Positions 20,601 to 30,169 of a stretch of DNA of 64,000 nt are shown here, in pieces. Source of the DNA: a virus. Below the pieces are notes generated by a model. That model had not been told where the DNA came from, did no database searches, and was given only the letters and a program-made list of their open reading frames with translations. The position numbers and the translations under genes were made by a program. Numbering within the stretch: the first letter of the stretch is position 1; every line of letters begins with the position of its first letter. The DNA is taken from IMG/VR virus record IMGVR_UViG_3300009164_003814; one strand, 5' to 3'.

Positions 20601-21863
20601 GAGATACAAAAAGGTGTAGGCGAAGGCAAGTACACATCAGCACATATACAAAATGGCTACATTGAATTCCGTAGTGCTGGCGGTGACTGGTTGGCTGAGG
20701 AAAATGCTGACCCTGAAAAACTATCCAGCACCATGTTGCGTTATGCTAGAGCCATGAGTCTTGCGGCCAACCCCAATGAAGAACGCAGAGAGTATGCTAA
20801 GAAACTGTACAAGTTGGTAGCGCCCGAAGGTGACAGTCAGTTGGCCCTGTTCAGTCAGTTTGCCGCAGGTGAGCTCACAGCAGAACAACTCAAGAAAAAG
20901 TGGGCTGAAAAGACCATTGGCACAGAAAAGAAAATGAATCAACGTTTTAGACTATATCAAAATGTCGACGGTGTATGGGAACCAGTTCCTGGAGCAGAAT
21001 GGAATGGCTATCCAGAAAGTGAAGTTAAAATGCGAGTATGGGCCAAGTACGGTCGTGAAGCATTAGACACAGGCGAATATCAGTTGGTCAATATGGGTGA
21101 ACAAGACTGGGAAGTGTATGATGTTAAAACCGGTGCTACACTTGAAATAGTCAAAGGCAAGAGCAAAGGCGAAGTGGCTGATGCTGTGTATGACAAGTAT
21201 GTGGATCAAGGCATTGGATTCCAGGTTCGTCCTTACGAAGATCCAGCTACAATGACTCCAAGAGCCAAGTTGGCCAAGCGTATCACAACCAAGAAAATAG
21301 ACTACAACTATGACATAGTGAGCCGTACCACCTACAAGGTCGTAGACCGATTCTATGCACAGACTCCGCAGGAAGCCGATCAGGTTTACGGAAGTTGGTT
21401 GAAACAAAATAACTTGCCTAACGAAACTGAAGACTATGGCTACCGCGCATCGGGCCATGCCCCAGGTGTGCAGGATGTGGAAACGGATGTTGCTCAAAAC
21501 TTTGACACACCACAAGATGCTACAGACATTCCGCGTGATTGGGAATTTGTAAATCGTATAACTGGTCAGGTTATTCATAGAATGACACATGCCAGTTACA
21601 ACCAAGCCAATGTAGTGCAAGATAATCTTGAAACTAGATATCCAGATGCAGACATATATTTGCGTAGCGTATCCAGTTTAGAAGAAAACTTTGCTGACGG
21701 CAAAGGGCCAGGACGTCCGGGCGATAGTCAGCGTCACGGAATACCCAAAGGTGCCACAATGGCAGAATTAGAAAAGGCATCACACAGTAAAGGTCGTAAA
21801 GGACAACTGGCACGTTGGCAGTTAAATATGCGTAGAGGACAGAAAAGGAAACACAAAGAATGA
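17640..21863 (+). CDS. Multidomain protein: Pol-beta-type nucleotidyltransferase, HEXXH metallopeptidase-like domain and putative amidoligase
   Basis: ISGSN...DIDLH; VAHELTH...E.EAN; GFEAE, EPDSSL, LEIVSPP, STGLH, IEFRS; ATG 17640 follows a terminator and CTAAATA. Confidence 0.75.
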   Translation: MNILELDSYNLDDAVKFNDRLNPRLWDSTEHLKPEVKAQLLLIAEDFREFLGVIDLDLQDITISGSNAAYTYTPNSDIDLHLVVKMPTDEVYRELFDAKKFQYNEQHNIKIGGYDVELYVQSADQPHISQGIYSVLTDDWIQVPRRVKSVVDDTSTENKFKTVGHQIEKAIASGSLTRMTRMAEKIKRMRQTGLEQHGEFGPENLAFKMLRSQGKIKELYDARNAAKDQELSLRERRQPHSVFTYGFKHEEANSVVEQTTEVDTPSLSDEQILKDFIKFCVAELKIKSMPTVKLRRDPQWSVVNKTFGRYINDAHLLEVAFGQRHIMDVLRTVAHELTHKHQHERETVPGDAGETGSPYENEANARAGILMRDYGRLHPELFDASQTELEEGASGYIPTKKQARDPRFSMALTQDIRPGQLGKEANKLNLKTNRQGVPQVARANGLFEKLNLELARFKKGIADEDYSPDNPPGPETKPTMPKGTIRVDVSDMYDWYKLGKNISNLKAADKSQFGKGPPSTIISFGDEDTEHQYINDLENLGLTTTDIDPVDPNQPKSMKRQKTDPTYNVAESTQLDEVKMSPSALQKWAQSPEAQGIRAGFEAEMIFRDTNSGDDSDYDMEPDYDMDERCRSIQQIIDFFQGGDYGGLSPRQERALQEGLDEQYYEWYDEQMIKDFSNEAEDLIRKVMVDEGDWDLDNEIQKQLALLDLTDDKINAIINAGERAPKFTSSKEQQTYAEANPQYQQYLDAQEEAEGLLDELIEDEVRKQGANWDAALDDFRDNYQIDDDSGFFDDAGLRWMSDIASNYDLDWPYMTGSGSNGGSREWDEIGDSLQSAVDMPVKVSSNYHSATRKEGVWILEPDSSLQPDDSEDFGLEIVSPPLPLEQALEKLEAVCDWANSDEGNCYTNNSTGLHMGVSVPFKGGDVDYLKLILFLGDEYVLQSFGREANTYTKSAMSKFRENIKGGRADPMGAIKLMQSGLLELAHREIQKGVGEGKYTSAHIQNGYIEFRSAGGDWLAEENADPEKLSSTMLRYARAMSLAANPNEERREYAKKLYKLVAPEGDSQLALFSQFAAGELTAEQLKKKWAEKTIGTEKKMNQRFRLYQNVDGVWEPVPGAEWNGYPESEVKMRVWAKYGREALDTGEYQLVNMGEQDWEVYDVKTGATLEIVKGKSKGEVADAVYDKYVDQGIGFQVRPYEDPATMTPRAKLAKRITTKKIDYNYDIVSRTTYKVVDRFYAQTPQEADQVYGSWLKQNNLPNETEDYGYRASGHAPGVQDVETDVAQNFDTPQDATDIPRDWEFVNRITGQVIHRMTHASYNQANVVQDNLETRYPDADIYLRSVSSLEENFADGKGPGRPGDSQRHGIPKGATMAELEKASHSKGRKGQLARWQLNMRRGQKRKHKE

Positions 21864-23308
21864 AAGCCTATGAATTTATCACTGAAAAGTGGAGTCAAAA
21901 ATACAAGAGCAGTATCAACTGTAGCCATCCTAAAGGGTTTAGTCAACGGGCTCATTGTGCTGGTAGGAAAAAGCACAATGAAAGTACAGAGATGGAAATG
22001 GTGTGTGAAGACTGCGGCATGTGCAAAACACACGGCAATATCAATGAAATCAAAAAGGGTCAAAAAGACTCAAACGGTTATACTCGTTGCTGGCCAGGCA
22101 AACATGCAGAAGGCACTAAAAAAGGCAAGAATGGTGGACAGGTGCGTAACTGTGTGCCTAATGAAAGTGTGGCGGAAAGTTTTATCCGTGACGGAGCTGA
22201 CTGGGAAAATGCCTTGCGTGAGTTAAATGTGTTTAACGATGTATTTCTAAGCCCTGATATCCAAGACACTCATGAATACACCAGAGATCCAGAGTGGCAA
22301 GATCTTTCTAAAATGATTAGAAATTCTGCAAGGGTCCAAGAAATATATGGCCAACTTAAAAAGTTTGCTAATCTAGGAGTAAAGTTAACTTCGTTTGAAG
22401 TCAACCTCTTGGACCCATTGGTATGGGACGGCGGCGGTGACATGGATATTGATCGTCTTGGCGACCTATATGCACACCAACTTGGTGCTGTAGAAGCATT
22501 GCTAAAAACAAAAAATCGAGGACAGGGACCAAACAAAACTAAGTCTGGGCAAACTATACATGAACAAGGTGATGGCAATGATGTTGAAGTAACTTCCGAT
22601 GATCAGACTGAAACTTATCGTTACAAAGGATGGCAATTTATCGAAACTGCCAACGACTACTACTCAGGCGAAGCCTGGTTGGTTGATCCTAATGGCAACG
22701 AAGAATGGTTTGGTTATCAAACAGATGACAATCGTGGCATACGCAAATACTACAACGACCAAGATCAGCTTGCATTTAGTTTAAGTGCTCGCGATGAAGG
22801 CCAAAGCACTGAAAAATGGTTAAAAGCTCAAGCCAGTAATTGGGCCGACACTTGGAATGCACAACCTAATGCTCCTGCAGTTCACGAATCCAACGAACTA
22901 GCCGAAGAGTTTGATCTTATTGAATCAATCATTGATCAAATTGCTGCTCAAAATGGTGTAGATTCCGAAGTAGTGTGGGATGATTTAGAATCATTAACAG
23001 AAGACGAGCTGTATGCATTTGCGGTAACTTCGCAACTGAACGAAGATTGGCAAAAGGTCAACAAGAAAGATCGTACTGCTGGCATGAGTCAGAAAGCTGT
23101 GAACGCTTATCGTAGAGAGAATCCAGGTTCAAAGTTAAAGACTGCTGTAACTACCAAGCCTAGCAAGTTAAAGAAGGGTAGTAAGGCCAGCAAGCGTCGC
23201 AAGAGCTATTGCTCACGATCACGTGGACAAATGAAAATGCACAACATTTCATGTGCTAAAACTCCAGACAAGGCTATTTGCAAGGCACGCCGTCGTTGGA
23301 ACTGCTAA
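21860..23308 (+). CDS. Modular protein of small Cys/basic modules (putative internal head protein)
   Basis: MKAYEFITE N-terminus; modules separated by x-x-E linkers. Confidence 0.55.
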   Translation: MKAYEFITEKWSQKYKSSINCSHPKGFSQRAHCAGRKKHNESTEMEMVCEDCGMCKTHGNINEIKKGQKDSNGYTRCWPGKHAEGTKKGKNGGQVRNCVPNESVAESFIRDGADWENALRELNVFNDVFLSPDIQDTHEYTRDPEWQDLSKMIRNSARVQEIYGQLKKFANLGVKLTSFEVNLLDPLVWDGGGDMDIDRLGDLYAHQLGAVEALLKTKNRGQGPNKTKSGQTIHEQGDGNDVEVTSDDQTETYRYKGWQFIETANDYYSGEAWLVDPNGNEEWFGYQTDDNRGIRKYYNDQDQLAFSLSARDEGQSTEKWLKAQASNWADTWNAQPNAPAVHESNELAEEFDLIESIIDQIAAQNGVDSEVVWDDLESLTEDELYAFAVTSQLNEDWQKVNKKDRTAGMSQKAVNAYRRENPGSKLKTAVTTKPSKLKKGSKASKRRKSYCSRSRGQMKMHNISCAKTPDKAICKARRRWNC

Positions 23309-24019
23309 ATGAGAGCTGAAGAATTCCTTATTGAACGCTGGACCAAAGCAACAGTAAAGAGTTACTTTGATAATAAAAAACAGCCTCAATTTACTAGTCG
23401 TGACATAAAGGTCAGTCGGCCTGTTGACGGCTGTGTCTTACTACAATATAAAACTATTCCAAATCTGGCTCGCAGTTTCTTTCGCGTGGCCGAATACTAT
23501 GACGGCAATCACTACAGTGGTAAAAGCGGACAAGTCACACTGGTTGATTTTTTAGACCAGTGGATGAATCAAAATGGTGACGTAGACTATTTTAAGTTCT
23601 GGGATGGATTTAATATTCCCGATCGTGCTTTTCGTTCTTGGCTAAAGTCTGCTGGCAAATTATCTACAGCCGAACAAGTCATGGTTACAGCAGTAGAAAA
23701 AGCTACTAAAGGTATGAAGAAGTTTTGTATCATTGGTGTCGGCAGCAAAGATGCAGACACAGTAAAGCACGAAATGTTTCATGCTAAGTATTACTTAGAC
23801 AGCAAATTTAAAACAAACGCAGATCAACTGCTAACGGATCATGCACAAGATCCTGCGGTTAAAACTATTAAAAAGATTTTGACTACCAAACTAGATTATA
23901 CTGACCACGTTGAAGAAGAAGTTGGAGCATATTTGTATGCTGGCTCTCAATTAAAGTTGGTATTTGGTGTAGAAGCTCAAGATCTTGTCAAACTATTTCA
24001 GGCCTTGGACAACAAATGA
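23309..24019 (+). CDS. HEXXH zinc-metallopeptidase-like protein
   Basis: KHEMFHA...EEE; N-terminus MRAEEFLIE. Confidence 0.5.
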   Translation: MRAEEFLIERWTKATVKSYFDNKKQPQFTSRDIKVSRPVDGCVLLQYKTIPNLARSFFRVAEYYDGNHYSGKSGQVTLVDFLDQWMNQNGDVDYFKFWDGFNIPDRAFRSWLKSAGKLSTAEQVMVTAVEKATKGMKKFCIIGVGSKDADTVKHEMFHAKYYLDSKFKTNADQLLTDHAQDPAVKTIKKILTTKLDYTDHVEEEVGAYLYAGSQLKLVFGVEAQDLVKLFQALDNK

Positions 24020-24495
24020 AAATTAAAGAATTACTAGTTGAGTATCAAGGTGGTGCATGGCGACTAATAAGAAGCATGGTGCCAAAACACTGGCCTGACT
24101 ATGTGGTCAAAGACGCTCTCTACAGTAAAATTCCTGATAACATGGAGCTTGAAGATAAAAAAGCTCACGTACAGCATATTTTACAAGAATACCCAATCCG
24201 GCAATGGCGGTTAGAACGCTTGCCTATTACCATAGACGTCTTTACTCCTCGCACACAGGAACAGATTCGTAAAAGAGAAGGCGGCTCTAAAAATCCTAAT
24301 CAGGTGCCTAGGGATGCCGAACGACATGCCACACAGGCTGCCAAGATACAACAACAAGGTGTTAGTGGAGAGCCTATTATTGTTGTGAAAAAACCCGATG
24401 GCTATGAGTTATGGGAAGGTGGGCATAGAACCACGCAAGCACTAAAGGCATTCCCACAAGGATATACAGGGCCGGCTTGGGTAGGATACCTATGA
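24016..24495 (+). CDS. ParB/Srx-like domain protein
   Basis: EPIIVV...YELWEGGHR motif. Confidence 0.65.
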   Translation: MKIKELLVEYQGGAWRLIRSMVPKHWPDYVVKDALYSKIPDNMELEDKKAHVQHILQEYPIRQWRLERLPITIDVFTPRTQEQIRKREGGSKNPNQVPRDAERHATQAAKIQQQGVSGEPIIVVKKPDGYELWEGGHRTTQALKAFPQGYTGPAWVGYL

Positions 24496-25949
24496 GATTA
24501 CGAGAATTTGCTCCTAGTCCGGATCGTGACGACAACGATGATGTTCCAGATCAGTTAGTAGTTCTGGCCAATCGCTGGTGGAACGCCACGGATCGACAGC
24601 CACAAATTGAGCATGTGTTAAACAGCCTTGGGTGGAGTATTGCTCAAGTTGAAAGCGAAGATGATGCTGTGCAACTACAGCACCGCGATGGCACTACATA
24701 TTTTATCAGTGCTGATGATTTTGATCCAGACCTGTTTGAATACCAAAATCCTAGAATTCATCGGGCCAACCGCGATGGTATAGATTTATCTTTTGAAAAA
24801 GTAAAAGATGATGAGTATGTTGACGACAATGACGACGAAAATACAGTAGCACAGGTTACGGCTACTAGCAACGGTAAAGAATTAGGGCATGTGTTGTTTT
24901 CAATTGATGGCGATACATTGTTGCCACAAGATTTAGAAGTAGATGAACGTTATCGTGGGCAAGGTATTGCTGCCATCATGTATGACTATGTAAAAAGTCT
25001 AGGATATCAAATACGGCGTAGTGGTCAACAAACTGATGCCGGTGCTGGGTTTTGGAGTAAGCATCGTCCTAGTCAAAATGTATGGGAAACAGAGCTGGAC
25101 GAAAGTCAGCGACGCCAACACTTAGATTTTGATTCTTTATATGGTAAAGCATTCAAAATTACAGACCACAGTGGCAACCCAAATACTCCAGGATTTAGCA
25201 TTGTCACTCCACTAAACGGTGACTCGTGGAATTGGCGTGAGCGTCCTGAGTTTAAGGCTATTGTAAAACGCAAATTAAATCAACCTGGATGGCTCGGTGA
25301 TCACAAGTATCAACAGATTATTGATTACATGGCAGGTAATAAGTTTGATCCTGCAAAACATTTAGTAAAAGAAATAGCCCGCATACCACAAGGTGATTTT
25401 GGCGATGCCGATACTCTTGTTCCACCCAAGTATGCGGTAAAGAAAAAAGAGTTGCCCGGAGGTGCAGGGTTTACCTATGCTGTAGGCAAGACAGGCCCAG
25501 AAGAGTTGGAAATCATGATCTTTGATGGCGATACCTTAGCCGCAGAACTTGATTTATTTTATACCCGCGATAAGACTGATGCCTGGAGAATTAGTACCGT
25601 GGCTGTCAATCCTCAATACCGCAGTCGTGGATTGGGCAAAGCCCTGTATGGCATTGCCCTGAGCATATTGAAACTTACTATAGAAGCTGGTGATACCCAG
25701 ACCCGGCACGGACAACGCATGTGGTTGATGTTGAACAGTATCCCTGGTGTCGAAGTTAAAGGTTACAACATGGAACGTACCTCTCAATATCAACCTAGGC
25801 CGACGGATGAAATTATAGATCAAGACAAAGACTGGACAAGATACACATTTCCTGTGAAACCCGGTGTTCACAGTATGCGCAGTGGCCGCCGTGGTACCGG
25901 CATGTATACCAGTATGGCCAGTATGCTTGCTAAATGGACAGGTCAATGA
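24492..25949 (+). CDS. Multidomain protein with two GNAT acetyltransferase domains
   Basis: VDERYRGQGIA...QTDAGAGFW and VNPQYRSRGLGKALY...QTRHGQRMW. Confidence 0.75.
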   Translation: MRLREFAPSPDRDDNDDVPDQLVVLANRWWNATDRQPQIEHVLNSLGWSIAQVESEDDAVQLQHRDGTTYFISADDFDPDLFEYQNPRIHRANRDGIDLSFEKVKDDEYVDDNDDENTVAQVTATSNGKELGHVLFSIDGDTLLPQDLEVDERYRGQGIAAIMYDYVKSLGYQIRRSGQQTDAGAGFWSKHRPSQNVWETELDESQRRQHLDFDSLYGKAFKITDHSGNPNTPGFSIVTPLNGDSWNWRERPEFKAIVKRKLNQPGWLGDHKYQQIIDYMAGNKFDPAKHLVKEIARIPQGDFGDADTLVPPKYAVKKKELPGGAGFTYAVGKTGPEELEIMIFDGDTLAAELDLFYTRDKTDAWRISTVAVNPQYRSRGLGKALYGIALSILKLTIEAGDTQTRHGQRMWLMLNSIPGVEVKGYNMERTSQYQPRPTDEIIDQDKDWTRYTFPVKPGVHSMRSGRRGTGMYTSMASMLAKWTGQ

Positions 25950-26134
25950 GAGCTCGAGACATATACCCAAAATATAAACTCTGGACTGCACCTGTGCGTA
26001 TCCAACAACCCAACTATGTGGGCTATATCGATGTTACAGTAACAGCGGCCAACATGCAAGATGCTCGCAGACTAATGAAAGCCCAATACGGAGTAGAAGA
26101 TTGGCACATTGGATCAACCAAAGAACTCAAATAA
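25946..26134 (+). CDS. Small hypothetical protein
   Basis: ATGA coupling; MRARDIYP. Confidence 0.55.
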   Translation: MRARDIYPKYKLWTAPVRIQQPNYVGYIDVTVTAANMQDARRLMKAQYGVEDWHIGSTKELK

Positions 26135-26152
26135 TTAACCGCTAAATACAGT

Positions 26153-26446
26153 ATGACTAAACAGTTCGTACGAGTACTAGCAGATGTTGATTGCGAGTGG
26201 GAAGGATTAGCCCCTACGTATCGCTTGTATCTCGATGACGAACTGTTTGCTGAACGCACCTGGAGATGGACTGATTCACGTCTTGAAGAAATGATGCAGG
26301 TCGAAGCTGAACCAGGCGAATACCGTATTCGTTTTGAGTTGGTTCCACCCCATTTGGCACAGTTGCAAGTGACAAACATCAGAGTTGATTATGGCCCTGG
26401 AACAGTAAAAGATAACGTACTAAGGATTCGCAATGAGACTGCATGA
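26153..26446 (+). CDS. Hypothetical protein
   Basis: 97-aa ORF after CTAAATA. Confidence 0.55.
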   Translation: MTKQFVRVLADVDCEWEGLAPTYRLYLDDELFAERTWRWTDSRLEEMMQVEAEPGEYRIRFELVPPHLAQLQVTNIRVDYGPGTVKDNVLRIRNETA

Positions 26447-26642
26447 ATTTGTTAATTTAACGGAAGATGGTGGCGCTAGCAGTGGCACTACTTGTAGCGG
26501 TAGTATAGCGCCTGTTAGTATGCCCTTGGGCGGCATGATTAGCAGAAATGGCGGAAGTTTCTTTAGTGGCACTAAATACACTACGGACGACGCAACGCCT
26601 AACACGCCTGCAGAGTACAAAAAATATAAACGGAAGAAATAA
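26433..26642 (+). CDS. Small hypothetical protein (putative internal protein)
   Basis: MRLHEFVNLTE N-terminus. Confidence 0.55.
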   Translation: MRLHEFVNLTEDGGASSGTTCSGSIAPVSMPLGGMISRNGGSFFSGTKYTTDDATPNTPAEYKKYKRKK

Positions 26643-27082
26643 TGTTAGCTGATTTGTTAAAAACTTACCTTGCAAGTACATTTGCCTATTACTTAAAAGC
26701 CCACTATTTTCATTGGGACGTAGAGGGTCCAGACTTTGGACAGTTGCACAAATTTTTTCAAAAAATCTACGAAGATGCATATTCAGCTGTAGATCCCATT
26801 GCTGAATATATCCGTACTACAGAAGAATATGCTCCAGGAAGCCTAAGTCGCTTCCAAGAATTATCACAAATACAGGACCAAATCAAGGTTCCTCGTGCCC
26901 GATTGATGTTACAAGAATTACTCGCAGATACACAGACCATGATTGACATGAGCAAGCAAGTATTTGATGCTGCCACTGCTGAAGGTCGTGAAGACATTGC
27001 AAATTTTGCCGCGGAACGCCAAAGCAGTCATGGCAAATATTCATGGCAATTGAAGAGTTATTTGAAAGACGCAAGGGCATGA
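26642..27082 (+). CDS. dps: Dps/ferritin-like DNA protection protein
   Basis: HYFHWDVEGPDF..LH, D..AE, H.K..W.L. Confidence 0.85.
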   Translation: MLADLLKTYLASTFAYYLKAHYFHWDVEGPDFGQLHKFFQKIYEDAYSAVDPIAEYIRTTEEYAPGSLSRFQELSQIQDQIKVPRARLMLQELLADTQTMIDMSKQVFDAATAEGREDIANFAAERQSSHGKYSWQLKSYLKDARA

Positions 27083-27085
27083 TCA

Positions 27086-27754
27086 ATGGCGCACGACCAT
27101 AACGACATTTATTCGATCGTAGAACGACTACGAATCCTTGAAGAAGGACTCGACAAAAACCAACGCAGTGTCAATCAACTGGGTGCTACTTTTAAACCCA
27201 AAACAGTAGCAGTGCTCACAGCCAAAACTGATCCTAAGAATCCAATGGCCGGCAAACTAGTTGGTGGGTGCGAAGAGTCAGAAGAGCTGGATGAAACTGC
27301 TGTAGCCGAAGATGTTCTAGACAAGGTTAAAAAATCATTTGCTGATTATCTAAGCAACATAGCAGATGAAATCAAAACTGATACAGATCTCAAAGACAAG
27401 AAGCACGACGATACTGATATCAAGGCCAAAGATAAACAAGATAGAACTCTCGTTGCCAAACAAAATGAAGACACCGAAATTGGCGCAGCTCTAAGTGGTG
27501 AGATTCCTTCAGAGCAACCTGCGGGTGAACCTGGTGTAAGCATGAAAGAAAATACAACAGTTAAAACTGTTGCCAATGAATGTGGCTTATGGGAAGTACA
27601 CGGCAATGAACCAGATGGCTTTGAAATACATCGTAAAGGCCGTTGTTTGCCCACAAAATTTAAAACACTAGATGAGGCTGAGATGGCCTTGGAAATGTTT
27701 AACGCTCGTCAACGTAGGCGTGATGAAGCAGCGGATTACATAGACGAAGCTTAA
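27086..27754 (+). CDS. Acidic modular hypothetical protein
   Basis: 222 aa with several x-x-E linkers. Confidence 0.55.
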   Translation: MAHDHNDIYSIVERLRILEEGLDKNQRSVNQLGATFKPKTVAVLTAKTDPKNPMAGKLVGGCEESEELDETAVAEDVLDKVKKSFADYLSNIADEIKTDTDLKDKKHDDTDIKAKDKQDRTLVAKQNEDTEIGAALSGEIPSEQPAGEPGVSMKENTTVKTVANECGLWEVHGNEPDGFEIHRKGRCLPTKFKTLDEAEMALEMFNARQRRRDEAADYIDEA

Positions 27755-27767
27755 GGAAAATAAAAAA

Positions 27768-29774
27768 ATGTTTGCACTAGACTTATTCAACACGGACCAC
27801 GAACGCAGAATTGCAGAAGGCGCAGTAGATCAATTAGAACAACGACGTATTGATGACTTGGCTATGCGGATGGATGACTTGGTTGCTCGTGCCAAGAAAG
27901 CTGATACACCAGAAGCCAAGCAAGCACTAATGAAAGAATTTCAAAAGTGCAAGGCCGAGCGTGACAGCTATCATATGGTACGCAACGAGACCATGGGCTA
28001 TGGTGCACTAACTGGCGAAGGTCAAGTGACTCCTACTGCTACAGGTATTAAACATCATGCCAAACCTGGAGTGTATGGTGGGTTTGAAAAAGAAAAAGAT
28101 CCACTGGCTAAATTAGACAAAGGCACAACTAATAGTCTTGAAAAAGCTATGGGTATCAAATTTGATCGTCAAAAGAAATACCAAGGCGGATTAGATGTTG
28201 ACGAAGGCGGCATTCCCGGCAATGTTCCTGTAGAAAAGATTCCTGGCAAGGAAGATCTGCTCAAAGGCCGAGGCCGCAACTACTACGAAGCTGATCAAAA
28301 AAAAAATGCTGATAATGAAAATAATGACGACTGGTACGATGAAGATGTAGAAGAAGGTTATGCTGCTAGTATTGGTCCAGACGTTGCTCCGTTACCACCA
28401 GAAAAACAGTGGAGAATACAAGTTAGACAGCTGATTGCTGACTACATTAAAAATCCACAAGGTCTATATAACATTGCCAAGCAAAAAGGCGCCAACAGTG
28501 CCGAAGCCGCAGCTTACAAATATATCATGCACCCAACAAGCAAGATTGCGTTGCCGGCCAATACAGTCACATTTGAAGGTTATCAAGACTTCGACAAAGT
28601 AGAACCATATGAGGTTTGCTTGGCCGGCAAGTGTGTTAAAACATTTGACTACTATGAAGATGCCCGTCGCTTCCATGACAACTGGAAGAAAAAGTTGTAT
28701 CGCGAAGGCGACAAGGCTAAGGCAGATAAGATTACACTAAATCCTGTAATGAAAGAGGAAGAACAAAAACACGGACTAGATATAAAAGAAACCAAGGCAG
28801 ATCCTACCGGTTCATGGGTAGTATATAACGGTAACAAGGTTGTAAAGTTTAAGACACATCCAGGTGCCAAGGTCTATGCTGAGAAGAATGGCGGCAAGGT
28901 TGCAAGTAGCGAGTTCTATGCTGATAAGATTCAAAAGTCAGGTGTAACCGAAGGTGACACGGGCAACCTGCATGCCGACTTGGCCGATGTGTACAGTCGC
29001 ATGGCTCCTGGTATTGAACGCCACAGAGACAGTTTCAAAGCCGGTCAACTGTACGACGCACTGGAAGCTGTTGCAGAACAACACAATGCACATAGAGAAT
29101 TTACTCGTATGATGTCCGGGGCCCGTAACCGTGCGCACATGGACTACGATACCAACCCAGGTGGATTTCAAAACTGGTTCTGGTACTTGCCATTTGCTAA
29201 GGAAGAATTAGAAGAGGGGCTCGATTTAATCAACATGTCAGATTTACAGTTCTATAAAGAATTGTTAGGTGTTATGATAATTCCTGTTGCGGCATTTGGT
29301 GCAATGGCCTGGCATAAAGCTATGAATGCTATTAAATTATATCGTGCAGAGGATGTAATTACAGCCCTACAGAAAAAAGGTGTTACTGTTGACCGTAGTA
29401 CACTTGAACAGATTAAGCCACTGTTACTAAAACTTGAACGGGCTATTGATGTTGACAAAGATGGTGACGTGGCCAAAGAGTTGGCCAAGCGTATTCAACA
29501 AACTGTAACCTGGGGCAAACTAAAACAGGTCAATCCAGACACAACGGTGAATCGTAAATCCGAAATAGTTGAAGAGCAAGACACTAGCGGTGTAGAACGT
29601 GCTATCCTTAATCGTATCATGACTGCCCACACAGACCTGTTGATGAAGTTTGGTCCAGACAAAGTCATGCAGGCCGCAGAAGAAGTTGCTTACAATGTAG
29701 GTGACGTAGACGAAATTGGCACCAGCGATGTCAGTGCTTATGTTAATCAAGTTCGACAAATTCTTGGTGCTTGA
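27768..29774 (+). CDS. Large modular hypothetical protein
   Basis: 668 aa; recurring IAEG/VDEG/VEEG/TFEG/VTEG/LEEG linkers. Confidence 0.6.
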   Translation: MFALDLFNTDHERRIAEGAVDQLEQRRIDDLAMRMDDLVARAKKADTPEAKQALMKEFQKCKAERDSYHMVRNETMGYGALTGEGQVTPTATGIKHHAKPGVYGGFEKEKDPLAKLDKGTTNSLEKAMGIKFDRQKKYQGGLDVDEGGIPGNVPVEKIPGKEDLLKGRGRNYYEADQKKNADNENNDDWYDEDVEEGYAASIGPDVAPLPPEKQWRIQVRQLIADYIKNPQGLYNIAKQKGANSAEAAAYKYIMHPTSKIALPANTVTFEGYQDFDKVEPYEVCLAGKCVKTFDYYEDARRFHDNWKKKLYREGDKAKADKITLNPVMKEEEQKHGLDIKETKADPTGSWVVYNGNKVVKFKTHPGAKVYAEKNGGKVASSEFYADKIQKSGVTEGDTGNLHADLADVYSRMAPGIERHRDSFKAGQLYDALEAVAEQHNAHREFTRMMSGARNRAHMDYDTNPGGFQNWFWYLPFAKEELEEGLDLINMSDLQFYKELLGVMIIPVAAFGAMAWHKAMNAIKLYRAEDVITALQKKGVTVDRSTLEQIKPLLLKLERAIDVDKDGDVAKELAKRIQQTVTWGKLKQVNPDTTVNRKSEIVEEQDTSGVERAILNRIMTAHTDLLMKFGPDKVMQAAEEVAYNVGDVDEIGTSDVSAYVNQVRQILGA

Positions 29775-30169
29775 TGAGAGCTACAGAAATTCTAAATGAA
29801 GCTCATGCTGCAACACAGTTGCCTGGATATGATTCAAAAAATTCAATGCACGGTCCATGGGCAGCTGCTTTTCGTAGAAGAAAACACTCAGCACCAAAAT
29901 CTGGCACAGAGTTTAATATTACCCAAGAGCAGGCATGGGAGATTATTAATAAACAAGGTTGGAAATGTGCATTAACTGGAGTTCCATTTAGTCGTAGTGG
30001 CTCGGCTAAAGATCTAAATAGTCCAAGTGCAGATCGAATTGATTCAAGCAAAGGTTATATTCCAGGCAATGTTCAATATGTTAGATTAGTAGTAAACTTA
30101 GCAAAACGAGATTTAAGTGATGCTGACTTTATTACACTATGTAAACAAGTAGCAACATATAACAAATGA
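29774..30169 (+). CDS. HNH-like endonuclease
   Basis: Q...CALTG, S.DRIDSSKGY..GNVQ.V...VN..K. Confidence 0.7.
   Translation: MRATEILNEAHAATQLPGYDSKNSMHGPWAAAFRRRKHSAPKSGTEFNITQEQAWEIINKQGWKCALTGVPFSRSGSAKDLNSPSADRIDSSKGYIPGNVQYVRLVVNLAKRDLSDADFITLCKQVATYNK

Noticed and set aside
21063-21620. 185-aa minus-strand ORF and the many similar antisense ORFs
   Set aside because: Shadows of + strand genes with no motifs or expression signals
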